A stretch of 64,000 bases of DNA from Octopus vulgaris (GCA_951406725.2 OX597815.1:174964001-175028000), one strand, 5' to 3'; positions 26,379 through 38,740 are shown, counted from the stretch's first letter. The notes: generated by a model from the letters alone, not told the origin. A program made the numbers and translations.

Positions 26379-29300
26379 GGGCAAATCGAAGTGAAGCTGA
26401 TACCCCCGTCAACGATGCTATATCTGATACCCCTTATTCTGCTTGTTCCCCAACTCCCGCCCCTCAGACTTCACAGCTCAGCATCGTCTACACCAACTCG
26501 TGCTCCTTATTCCCAAAGTTCAGTGAACTATTTACACTGGCCATACGTGACTCCCCTGATGTGATAGCTATCACCGAGACTTGGCTGACTCCAGCAGTAA
26601 AGGACTCAGAAATCCACCTGCAGGGCTATGTCCTTTTCAGGTGTGACAGAGGAAAAAGGCGAGGTGGAGGTGTTGCTGTGTATGTTAAGTCTGAGCACAA
26701 ACCGTCCAGCGGTATTCTACCCACTAATGCTCAGCCTACAACAAAATTCGATGCCGTCTATTGCAAGCTGAGCCTATCTGAGTTTTGCCTGCCCGTGTTG
26801 GCTGTCTACAGGCCGCCTCTTGCCGACCCCCAGGACGATGCTCATTTACTCGAAGCGATAAGATTCGTTTCAGCTTCGCATGACTGTTTGGTACTAGGAA
26901 ACTTCAACGCTCCCACGATCGATTGGCCCGCATCAATTTGTACAACATCTTCCCGGTTCGGCCAGGCCCTTCTTGACGTGGCTGAAGATTGTTTTCTATC
27001 ACAACATGTTGAATATCCGACAAGGCATCGGTCTGGGCAGCAGCCATCTATGCTTGATCTGGTATTCTCCCGCTATCCAAGATCAGTGTCAGACGTATCT
27101 GTGTGCGCCCCTCTTGCCAAGAGTGATCATGCGGTCCTGAAGTTCGTCATGCACACAACTTTTTCTGCGCCCACGACTACTTCGCTGCCACGTAGAGTCT
27201 TCTCTGCAATTAATCTTGAAATTCTAACCGAGGCTTCCGCGCTTCTGGACTGGCGATCCCTGATGACGTTGTCCTCAGTTGACGAACTATGGTCATCCCT
27301 CAAAGCATATGTAATCTGTTTGACTGACCAGGCAGTTCCCGTTGGGCTTCCCAAGAGGAAGAAACACAAGCCCTGGGTGACGAAGAGGGTTAAACGAGAA
27401 CGTCGACTCAGAGATATTGCTTGGGCTGAATTCAAAAATCTGGATTCGACTGCAGCTTTTGAGGTGTACAAAACACAACGAGACCGAGCCGTGAAAATCG
27501 AAAAGAAAGAACGCTTCAGTTATGAATACAAAATCGCGGCAAATGCCAGTAGCAATCCAAAAACCTTCTTTGCCCATGTCCAGCGGAATTCCCGCTTGAA
27601 CAACCAGATTGCAACGTTGGTAGACTCAACAGGCGTATCGATTGAGGACCCTTATCAACAGAGTCAATTATTTGCCGAGGCTTTTTCAACTATTTTCAAA
27701 CAAGATGTGTTGAGGCAAGTGAGGATCAGAATCGAAATCGATCAATGGAAATTGCGGATGTGTTACCAGTGCTGGTGGCATGTCGAAACTCTACTTGTGA
27801 AGACCCGTTGAGGCAAGTGAGGATCAGAATCGAAATCGATCAATGGAAATTGCAGATGTGTTACCAGTGCCGGTGGCATGTAAGAGAACCTTCCGTTTCG
27901 CGACCGTTGCCAGCTCCGCCCCGTTTCGTGTCCGTTGCCAGCCTCGCGTGGCCCTCGTGTCGGTGGCACATAAAAAGCACCATCCGATCGTGGCCGTTTG
28001 CCAGCTCTGTCTGGCACCTGTGCGGGTGGCACGTAAAAAGCACCCACTACACTCTTGGAATGGTTGGCGTTAGGTAGGGCATCCAGACGTAGAAACACTG
28101 CCAGATTTGACTGGGCCTGATGAAGCCTTCTGGCTTCACAGACCCCAGTAGAACCGTCCAACCCATGCTAGCATGGAAAGCGGACGCTAAACGATGATGA
28201 TGATGATGATGAAGATGATGGTCGTGAACCCCCTCCATTTGATAGATCGGTACCTCCAATGCTTCGATTGGTCATCACGCGGGACGAAGTCAAACGTGTT
28301 ATTCAAGGCCTCGATGTCAACAAGGGTCACGGCCCTGACGGCATACACCCACGGGTTATCAAAGCGTTGGCTCCGGTCATCTGCGAGCCCTTAACGCGAC
28401 TATTCAATATGTCATTGGCGACGGGTGTTATACCTGTAGACTGGAGAACAGCGATAATCTGCCCAATCTTCAAGAAAGGGAGCCGCGAAGACCCGCTTAA
28501 CTACCGACCGTTTTCCCTTACATCAATAATCAGCAAGATGTTTGAAACCATCCTTAAGAAAAGTATGATGCTCCACCTCCTAAACACAGCCTCTATCTCT
28601 GATTCCCAACATGGCTTCGTGCCGAAGAGATCATGCTTGACCAACTTACTAGTAATTGAAGAATTGGTGACGCACATCCTCGATGATAGTGATGCTGTTG
28701 ACATCGTTTTACTGGACTTTGCCAAAGCTTTTGACTCGGTAAACCACCGCCTAATTGCTTGTCAAGCTTCAAGCATATAGTTTCCATCCGGATATTGTAC
28801 GATGGGTTGGTGCCTTCCTCTCAGATCGCTCCTTCCAAGTCCAAGTTAATGGTTCGCGGTCCGACGTCTCCAGTGCGAGCAGTGGCGTGCCTCAAGGTTC
28901 AGTGCTTGGGCCCTTGTTGTTCTTAGTCTTCATAAATGACTTGCCCGACGACCTCACGCAACACACCCTTCTATTTGCCGACGATATCAAACTGGTCGCT
29001 CCTCGCGGTAATATAGAGGACCTTCGTTGATGCCTCCACCAAATTTGGAAGTGGTCTAACGATTGGGACCTGTGTCTGAACGTGTCAAAGTGCTGTCATC
29101 TGCCTGTCGGCTCTACTCCTGCAACTCAACGTGATTTCGAGCCGGGTCGTCTGCTGCTGGAGAGGACTGATCAGGTAAAGGACCTAGGTATCTTGGTGGA
29201 TTCCTCCTTTTCGCCTTCGGCCCAGTGCGTCCATGCTGCCAACAAAGCACGCGGAATTCTGTTCTTGATTCGACGGTCATTCGGAATGCTCACAGCAGCC

Positions 29301-29774
29301 ATATTCCTACCACTCTATGTCACGCTGGTGAGACCCATATTGGAGTATGGGATTCAAGCCTCTTCTCCTTATCTCCTCAAAGACATACAGCATCTCGAAA
29401 GAGTCCAGAAGCTGGCTACCCGCATGGTTCATGGTCTCAAAAATTTGTCCTACGAAGAAAGGCTGAGGACGCTCGACCTTTATTCTCTTGAAAAACGCTG
29501 CCGCCGTAGTGATCTCATTCTCGCCCACAACATCATAAGCGGAAAGTGTAACCTCTCGAAAGAGCTGTTCTTCACTCCTGCTCCAGAGCGTCGGCTGCGG
29601 GGTCATTCCGAAAAGCTCTACCTGCGACGATTTCATCTCAATCGAAGGAGAGGAGCTTTCTCCGTCCGGGTTGCGGATCCGTGGAACAAGCTGCCAGACG
29701 AGATGGTAAAGATGCCGACGACCGCTTTGTTCAAAGCCTCCCTGGACCTCAAGTGGCCTGAACTCTTTACATGA
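26375..29774 (+). pseudogene. LINE ORF2 (endonuclease-reverse transcriptase), disrupted
   Basis: Broken by the 27708-28211 insertion, a frameshift near 28752, a TGA at 29028-29030, and GDFN>GNFN in the endonuclease. Confidence 0.9.
27708..28211 (+). mobile_element. RTE-tail retroposon inserted in CR1 ORF2
   Basis: TSD AAGATG (27702-27707, 28212-28217); removal restores frame FKQDDGREPPP; (GAT)n tail. Confidence 0.88.
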
Positions 29775-29876
29775 ACACCACCCTGTACTTAACTCCATGC
29801 CCCCCTACATGGCCTTGCTATTTGCTTTTGAGCCAAATTAACTAACTAACTAACTAACTAAGAGTTATTATTAGCT

Positions 29877-30048
29877 CTAACTCTTTAGCATTTAAACTAG
29901 TCAAATCTGGCCTCTCACACCTAATCTATAAAGTCATTCTAAAGATAACCAGATACCTCATCAAAATTTTAAAGCTACAAGATAATGTAAGATTAATTCA
30001 AAAGTTGAATAAAAAAGTATTTCATCAACACTGAATGCTAAACAGTTA
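29877..30048. mobile_element. Degenerate piggyBac-like MITE
   Basis: Similar to 57078-57295 in reverse orientation; CTCTTTAGCATT ... AATGCTAAACAG TTAA. Confidence 0.55.
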
Positions 30049-30510
30049 AAATCATGTTATTTCATCAACACAGGCAACTTTTCCATTTCCAAGGATGTCA
30101 GCATAGCAGAGGCATAGGGTTGGTTTAGGCCATCTCCTTCCTTAAATAATAACATATCTTCAAATACAGTAAACGTATATTTAAAGTACCCTCCCGTACA
30201 GTCCACATACACTGTACAAAGCCACTGTAAAGTGGGTAGGACACCAATAAAGTACAAGACTTGTAAGCCAGAGATGAAAAATAACTTGTCTTTTGTAGAA
30301 CTCAAGACAAAACTACTTTGGATTTTAGTCTTTGGAGACAGGGAGACAGAGAGCTGGCAGAATCGTAAGCACGCCAAGCAAAATTCTTAGCAGCATTTAG
30401 AGTTCAAATTTTGCTGGAGTCAATTTTACCTTTCATCCTTTCAAGGTCAATAAAATAAGTACCAGTAAAGCCCTGGGGGTCAATGCAATCATCTTAGCAC
30501 CCCACCCAAA

Positions 30511-32410
30511 AAAGATTCTCGGCAGATGGTATAGAGATTTATTAAATGATAAGAAGCAAGGGAAAGAAACACACGAGTTAGTAGAACAAGGATTAAAGGC
30601 AATTGACAGAACAACGTTGCCGGGAAAATTCAAATGTTGGATACTGCAATTTGGGCTGTACCCAAGAATAATGTGGCCATTGCAAATGTACGAAATAGCC
30701 TCGAGTAGAGTAGAAAGGATGGAGCAAAGATGCAGTGTGTTTATCAGAAAATGGCTTCGTCTGCCGAAACCACTGAATACAACTGCACTATATGGAAAAC
30801 CCGTGCTGCAACTACCAATAACATCAATCGCCGAAGAATATAAAGCAGGAAAGCAAGGACAGTAATGATGCTAAGGTATTCAAAAGATCAGAGCATCCAG
30901 GAAAACCCTCCAAAGGAATGAACAGGGAGGAAATGGAAGGCGGAAGAGGCAGTAAACAGGGCGATCAGAAAACTAAGGCATGCAGATATAGTCGGAGCAA
31001 CGCAAGAAGCTAGAACCGGCCTAGGGTCGCAAAATTTCAGGCCATTTTGCAAGAGCAGTGTAAAAGAGATGAAAGAGGCAGTGGTATACGAAGTGAGAAA
31101 GGAGGAAGAAGAAAGGCGAAATGCAGTCAACAGGGACAGTGCCTGAGATGGGAGGAATATGTGATCAACCGCAGAATATCATGGAAGGAACTTTGGGCTT
31201 GGGAACAAGCAAGAACATCCTTCCTGATCAAGTCTACCTTCGACATTCTACCCTCACCGGCGAACTTAGTCCGGTGGAACATAAAAACAACCGATGAGTG
31301 TAGATGCGGAGAGAAAGCGACAGTTAGACATGTTCTGTCAAGTTGCAGACTGGCACTTGAAAGATATACATGGCAGCATAATCAAGTACTCGGCGTCATA
31401 AGTGCAGCACTCAAGGAGAAGATTGAGAGGTACAATAGGGGAGAGTACCCAAAAGTAGAAAAGCGCAGGAAAGTATACTTCCACAAGGAGGGAAAAGGTT
31501 ATAAAACCAGGCCGACAAGTAAAGTATACGAGATAGACGAAAGATGGAAGGGAGGTGGCCACGGACTTGGAAAGACAAGTAATATTTCCACTAATAAAAA
31601 CAACAAAAAGACCGGATTTAGTTCTATGGAACAGAGACCGGAGAATGGGAATTTTACTAGAACTGACAGTACCTTGGAAAGAGAACATCGGCAATGCAGA
31701 GGAACAAAAGGAGAAGAGGTATGAAAAGCTAATCGAAGAATGCAGAGAACAGGCATGGAATGTCGAATATTATCACCTGGCAGTGGGGGCTAGAGGCTTC
31801 ATTAAAAAGAAAATGACAACGCTTTTCCAAAGATTTGTTTTTTCTAGCCCCGAGCTGTGTAAACTAATAAGGAGAGTACAGGAGGTGGTCGAAAAAGCCA
31901 GCTTCTATATATGGCTGAAGCGGGAACCTGAAAATGGCTTGAAAGTCATAAACACGCCAATGGGAAATAACATCATTAGGTGAGACAAGCTGACTGAGTC
32001 AGCTTCGCTGATTGACAGGTGACAGTTGTTTAGAAAAAGCGTGGGCTAAAACTACGCGCCTTCACTAGTCAGTTAAGGTGAGACAGTGTCATGTGACAAC
32101 TTGCTGGGGCTGCCTGCTGGAGCCTATGCAGCAGGTATTTAAAGGGAAAAATTTGACAAGACAGTCAGTCACTGACTGACACTCGCTGACGATACATCGA
32201 AGAGGCCAGGGAACAGAAGAAAGAAGAAGAAGACATACACCCAACACCAGGGCTGAAGACACCTCCAAAAGGGGGGGCCCTGCCACGTCAAAACGGTAGA
32301 GGAGTAGGGGCCGAAACCAGACATGGTTCCTCCTGATGATGTCTTGAGCTAACTGGATCCTATAAAGGAGCTGTTGTGGTAGCAGACCACGAAACACGGT
32401 TGTAATTCCC
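30511..32410 (+). mobile_element. 5'-truncated HERO-type (restriction-like endonuclease) LINE inserted in a SINE
   Basis: PGKFKCW...PRIMWPL.MYEI, RKWL.LP, LQLP..S..EEYK, CCHC C.CG...RHVLSSC, RPDLVLW...ELTVPW.EN...K..RY; host SINE 30345-30510 resumes at ~32411. Confidence 0.88.
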
Positions 32411-32743
32411 CTTGCTTGGCTTGAGCCGGAATTAAAAACCAATATTTGGGGACAGGATAAGTATTAGAAAATATGCTCTGTTTCTAGTCATTGCGTAACA
32501 AAGTCAGAAATAGTGTTTGGGTTCCAGCTGCAAAAATTTAGTAATAACTTGAAACAGAGTTAATCAGGGGTATTCTAACTAATACAGAGGTACCCTAGGT
32601 GTTGCAGAAAAAGTTCTTATTATATTGCAATTTGATCACAGACAGAGTTAGTTTAGTAAGTTTTTCTACGAATAGCTGCAGATAGGAGTTCATACTATTG
32701 ATCACAACTGGATTTATAGATATAGAGGTTTGGAAATGCAATT

Positions 32744-34530
32744 TTGAAAGACTGCAAAGCATGGAGAATTAATGGGTTGCTTAAAATATCTGGCGGTGTG
32801 GGTTATGGTCTAATCACTTGTATTGTAAATCAGGTGGTTCAGGAAGGAGTCATATCCAGTGACTGGAGTAGCAGCAACATAGTCAACTGCTACAAAGGTA
32901 AAGGTGATACTTTAGACAGAAATAATTACAGAGGTATCAAACTGTTGGATCAGGTGATGAAAGTTATGGCAAGAGTCATAGCCCAACTAATGAGGGAGAG
33001 AGTTAGTCTAGATGAGATGCAGTTAGGTTTTGTGCCAGGGAGAAGCACCATTAATGCTATATTTTTGGTAAGGCAGCTGCAGGAGAAATACCTACCCAAA
33101 GATAAACCTCTGTACTTGGCTTTTGTTTTAATGGAGAAAACTTTCGACAGGATCCCCTGATCCCTTATCTAGTGGTCAATGTGGAAGCTAGGGATAGCGG
33201 AGTGGTTAGTGAGAGCTGTACAAGCCTTGTACAGGGATGCTACCAGTAAGGTGAGGGTTGGCAAAGAGTACAGTGAAGAATTCAGGGTACAAGTAGGAGC
33301 TCACCAAGGAACGGTGCTCAGCTCCTTCTTGTGCATCACAGTCTACCAGGCAATAACACAGGAATTTAAGACAGGCTGCCTCTATGTTGATGACCTTCCT
33401 CTTATTGCTTGAATCCCTATCAGGTGTACCCGGTGTAAACTTTGGACACATAAAAGGTGCAACAATATCAGAGGAAGTTAACAAGGAAAATAGCTTTTGT
33501 ATGTGGAAGATGCACAGGTACAATAAACACCAAAAATGTACAGAAAATAGACTGCATCAACTGCCAGTGGGGTAAGTTAGAGGTAGTTGATAGCTTCCAT
33601 TATCTAGGTGACCAAGTTAGTAGTGGAGGTGGATGCTCCAAGAGCATAGCTGTGAGAATAAGAATAAGGTGGGCAAAGTTCAGAGAGTTCCTACCTCTGC
33701 TAGCAACAAAGGGTCACTCCCTCAGAGTGAAAGGCAGATTGTTTGATGCCTGTGTGCAAATAGCTATGCTACATGGCAGAGAAACATGGGCTGTGACAGC
33801 CAAGGACATGCTTAGGCTTGTAAGAAATGAAGCCAGTATGCTTTGCTGGATGTGTAATGTCAGTGTGCATGCTTGATAAATTGTAAGTGTCTTGAGAGAA
33901 AAGTTGGACCTAAAAAGCATCAGATGTGGTGTGCAAGAGAGATGACTGTGCTGGTATGGCCATGTGATGCATATGGATGAGGACAGCTGTGTACAAAAAT
34001 GCTAATTTCTAACTATGGAAGGAACCTGTGGTAGAGGTAAACCCAAAAAGACATGGGACAAGGTAGTGAAACATGATCTTCAAACTCTGGGCCCTAAAGA
34101 GGCAATGACTAGTGACCAAGACCGTTGGTGATATTCTGTACTTGAGAAGACACCCTCAAGCCAAGTGAAATGATAGCTGTGGCTGATGTTGGTGCCATAT
34201 AACTGGTAAGTAAAAAGTAACTTTTGAGCATTGGGCCTCACGGATGCAATGACTGACATCTTTTGCATTATGTCATGTTGAGAACCAGACCCATCAAGCT
34301 TAGCAAAATCACAGTTGTGGCAGATACCGGTGTCATGCAAATGGCACCCATGCTGGTGGCACATAAAAGCACTCAGTACACTCTTGGAGTGGTTGGTATT
34401 AGGAAGGGCATCCAGCCATAGAAACCATGCCAAATGAGACTGGAGTTTAGTGCAGCCTTCCATCTTGCCAGCCACAGACAAACCATCCAACCCATGCCAG
34501 CATGGACAATGGACGTTAAATGAGGATGAG
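32744..34530 (+). mobile_element. 5'-truncated, degraded RTE LINE with 3'UTR
   Basis: YKGKGD..NYRGIKLL, Q.GFVPGRST..AIF, G.HQG.VLS, LY.DD, F.YLG; 3'UTR repeat units and GAT tail. Confidence 0.9.
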
Positions 34531-34908
34531 GTTGAAAGCTAACGGTAAATGAAATGAAATGAATGAAACAGGGTCGTAGACCCAGTTCAATGTCATACCC
34601 AATACAATTGCTGTAGCTGTCTTAGTGTAGGGGCCTCCATATGGTCTATTCTTTTAAAAATGGGAAGAATACATTGGATAATGTAGTCATAGATACACTT
34701 GTTCAGGAATAATCATGAATGAAATGTGTTACCATTAATCCACTCAACCAGGATTGACCTGTGGTTAAACAACAACTGAGTCTAAAAGATGGAAAACAAA
34801 AGTGTTATGGAAATTGCAAATCCAAACGCTGAAATAAGAATCAGGCAAACTGCTACACATCATCATCGTCATAGTTCTGTGTAAGAGGTGGGATGAAATA
34901 AAAATTAC

Positions 34909-35037
34909 CTGCTCTTCTGTGATGGGTAGAGAAGTTAGCTGATCTGTTGTATTCAATTCAGATTTTAGCTGAGACCCTGATGAGAAGAGCCACCAGTGCC
35001 CTTCCTTCAAGATTTCTTCAAGGATTTCTTTCTCGAC
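34909..35037 (-). CDS. PAIP2: PAIP2 middle exon copy A (VEKEILEEILKEGHWWLFSSGSQLKSELNTTDQLTSLPITEEQ)
   Basis: 129 nt, phase 0-0, acattTAG / GTAATT; begins like PAIP2 '(RQ)IEEEL' and ends like copy B. Confidence 0.75.
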
Positions 35038-36825
35038 CTAAATGTTGGACAATTCAAGATAAAGAAAAATATTAGGTTTATTCTATTTCTGTCAAATTAT
35101 AAAGGAAAAACAACAACACATTGGGAGAAATCATTGAACGAGAATATAATTGAATTGATTTCAATATGGCCTGAATACTTGACCAAATCAGTGAGATTTG
35201 AACTAAAAACATGAGACAATACTTTAAGGGAAATGTTGTGACCTGCTCTCAAATATAAACATGTAATAAGAGTTGACAAAGCCATTTGGGTGGTGAGGAG
35301 AATGTCTTATGGCATTTGTTCTGACTTTCTGTTCTCCAAGTTTATATCCTGTCAAGGTCAACTTTACGTTTCGTTCTTTCAGGATTAAAAAAAAAAAACA
35401 TTCCAATCCAGAACAGTAGATTGGGAGAGTTGTTAGAGTGTCAAGCAAAATGTCTTGTGGTGTCTGATTCAACTATTTGTGTTCTGACAGGAACATCCGA
35501 GATGACACTGGTGTCATGCTGCACCAGTCCAAGTTAACAATTTTTTTCCTTAGAGAAAGAGAGAAACTTGCATGGGTAACTGATAGTCTTCTTGAAAAAT
35601 ATTTTGTCCATGTATGTGCATACATGTGTACACATACATAGGGTCACCCTTGACTGATGGAAGCCCTATATAATATATAAATATAGTAAAACATAAAATG
35701 AATGTAATAAACATTTTATATGAAGATTTCTTTTTCCTTTCTGTGAATCATTTCATTTCAGCTTTTGGCTAAGTTACAGTTGTGAAATTTGAGTAACAAG
35801 AAATAGCTGAAGAAAACTGAAGGTGAGGGTGATAAAAAGAGTAAAGATGGGGTGTGACACTGACTTGATATTCACAGGAAGTTATGCCAACTTCTTTCTA
35901 GTTTTTTAATAATTGGAGAAAAGAATAAACCATGTGATGAAATCTAAAACTGGAGTTTTGAAGCCAGTCTTCTACACTGAATTGCTCAGGAAATTTCCAT
36001 AGCAACATCAATATAGAACTATTTGGGACTTGCCAATCCCTCAAATAACAGAATCCTTGCTGGGAAGGGGAAACCTATTGTATAGATCACAGCTACTCCT
36101 TTTTACTAAACTCTAGAAGAGAGAAATATCAGTGATGCATTTCCATAGCTTTTTGCAGACAAAAGGATACCAATGCCAACTTTGGCTAGTAATTAGTGTG
36201 TGTCTAATTAATTAGTATTCATTAAACACACATACACTAATTTACCTCAGAATTACAAATAGATATTATTAATGATGAGGCCAAAAATGTACAACAAAAC
36301 CTAGCGTTGTTGACTTTACAGAGAACATTTGAATGTCAAAACAATCCTTCACTAGACATACAATATTAATAACAAATCTCAACACCAATCCTCTAGACTC
36401 TTGCTCCACCCCCTCTACATATCACTGCCATTCAGAATTTGAAATAGCTCACATTTGTGGGATTTCTTCAAAAAATTTCCAATTGTATCGGACCAAATAG
36501 CGGACAAAGGTCTTCTGATTATCCAGTCTGTATCACTATGTTTTATCTATGATGATAAAATATCAGTGTAAGAACATCTCACGGAGGATAATGTGATCGT
36601 TCACCATAAGCACTATTCATTGATGGAATCCAAGTGCCAATGAAGAAACAGATTCAAAGAGCTTCTCACATTTTCATTCTCTTATATGAATATTCCTTGC
36701 ATTATAACAGTTTGTTCAGAAAACATGAACAAGATTTGTGGTCAATTCTTCCTTTAGTTAAATCTATAAGCCATGTATTCTGAAAATAATCCGACTAAAT
36801 TGGCCTTAGGTAACCACTGTCAGTA

Positions 36826-37208
36826 TCTCTCTCTATATAAACGGCAGTTTGTCTGTGCGTGTTTCTGTGTGTCTGTTTGCTTGTACCCTCACCCTGACCA
36901 CGGCTTTCAACCGATTCTGATGAAACTTGACACACACATAGCCCAATGTCATAATTCAAAACTAACGCAGCGAAAATTTTGAAAAGTTCCCCCAGTTCTG
37001 AAAAAAATCGATAAATTCGACATGGGGTCGAGAATCAGAAACACAAACCGCAAACTGTCTAGGGGACGCAACTCCACCTTTTTTAACTCTCAAAAAATTT
37101 ACCATCATTTTTTTCCCATTTTTTTGCTATTTTTTGGCTATAACTCTCTAAAAATGCTTTATAGTTATTTCCCTTACAAACCTGAGCAACGCCGGGCGAT
37201 ACTGCTAG
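36826..37208 (+). mobile_element. Non-autonomous Helitron
   Basis: A|TC start, subterminal hairpin CCTGAGCAACGCCGGG, CTAG|T end. Confidence 0.8.
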
Positions 37209-38028
37209 TTATGCAATAAAGAGATTTCAGAATCAGAGTTAAAGGAAAATCAAAACATATTGCGAGGACATGCATTAGGAATATTATATCAGGATTTAAA
37301 ATTCAGTGCCATACTGAAAGAAAAAAATCCTAATGTGGAAGGTGTTTCATTGAAGAAACAATCATTGGCCATTTAGCATTCAGAACTATACTATCAAGGG
37401 AAAATACTTAATTTATTCCTAACGCCAACCACTCCAAGGGTGTTTTTACATGCCACTGGCAATAGGGCTAGTCAGGCGGTTCTGGCAACGGCCACGCTCA
37501 AAAGGTTTTTTTTACATACCACCTGCAAGGGAGCCAGTCCAGCAGCACTGGCAACGACCACACGCCACTGTGCTGTGTTTATAAACAAAGTAACTAGTTT
37601 GTTCAGTTGACTTCAGTGTAAGGATCAAGAATACACTGTGGCAAGTGTCTGGTTGGCTTACACCATATGAAGCTAAAAGAAAGTGGAGCTTCAATAGACC
37701 ATCTGTGTGTTGGTCCACTTTGTAAGATCTGAGACCAGTCTCCGACTACTAGTTGTATGTTGTGTCCTGTGTGGAATAGTTCATCTCATTTTAAATCTAT
37801 TAAGCAGACAATGGAGCTCAGTGCAGTCCTCTGGCTCACTGGATCCTGTCAAACTATCTGGCTCAAGCCAGCATCAAAGACAGATGTTAGATGATGATGA
37901 CGATGTGTACAAGCTTCTATCACCAGCTATGTTAGTGAAATAGGTAGAATATTAGACAAAAGCAAGGATGCAATAATTATTTTGAATTTCCATCTAAAAA
38001 ATTAGAACATAAATAAAAGCCAGTTTAC

Positions 38029-38145
38029 CTGCCGATCAAAGTTCTCTACACCTTCCTCTCCCATCCACATGTATTCTGAAAAATCAACTTCTGATTTCCC
38101 AGGGTCTGCTTCCATCTTAATTTTATTTGAATACTTCATATTTGC
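38029..38145 (-). CDS. PAIP2: PAIP2 exon 2 (ANMKYSNKIKMEADPGKSEVDFSEYMWMGEEGVENFDRQ)
   Basis: Diagnostic F.EYMWM..E..F.RQ motif; acceptor tttttTAG; donor GTAAAC. Confidence 0.95.
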
Positions 38146-38309
38146 CTAAAAAAGAAATGAAAAAGAAAACATGAGTGAGAATATCTTGTAATATTGAAAC
38201 ATTGAGTCCCAGCAGGCCAAGACAAAATAGGGTATCAAACTGCATCAGGCCCATTCATCAATGGGTTCATATTGTATCAGAAGCTTGCAGATGTTTTCCA
38301 TTTGAATAT

Positions 38310-38740
38310 TGGTTTCAAATGTTGATACAAGGCCAGCGATTTCAGGAAAGGGGCTAAATTGCTTACATCAACCCCAGTACTCAACTGGTACATATTTTAT
38401 CAACCCTGAAAGGATGAAAGGCAAGGTCAACCTCAGCAGAATTTGAACTCAGAATGTAAAGATGGCTAAAATGTCTAGCAGCATTCCATCCAGTGCAGCA
38501 GCGATTCTACCTGCTCACTCTGCTTTGATAATAGGGATTTCAAATTTTGGCAAAAAGCCAGCAATTTTGGAGGAGCAGAGTAATTTCAATTCTATCAAGC
38601 CCAGAGTTTGATGAACTTCCTTTATCAATGGAGAAAGGATGAAAGGCAAAGTCGACCTCACTGGAATTTGAACTCAAAGAAGAAATGCCACAAAGAAATT
38701 TGTCTGGCATGCTAACAAGTCTACCAGCTTGCCACCTTAA
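38310..38740 (-). mobile_element. Two tandem SINE copies (family of 53092-53432)
   Basis: GGATGAAAGGCAAAGTCGACCTC..GAATTTGAACTC core occurs twice. Confidence 0.7.

Larger units (their letters stand above)
25417..29861 (+). mobile_element. Near full-length CR1/L2-type LINE (ORF1 plus APE-RT ORF2) with (CTAA)n tail
   Basis: ORF1 25803-26378; ORF2 26375-29774 with ITETWL, GGGVAVY, SDH, QHGF, LDFAKAFDSV, GVPQGSVLGP, FADD, KDLGI; candidate TSD GAG(A/T)TATTAT. Confidence 0.92.

Noticed and set aside
27127-29798. Minus-strand ORFs overlapping the LINE
   Set aside because: Antisense shadows of GC-rich ORF2
35860-36770. Possible decayed DNA transposase or extra exon
   Set aside because: No recognisable motif and stops in the frames I examined
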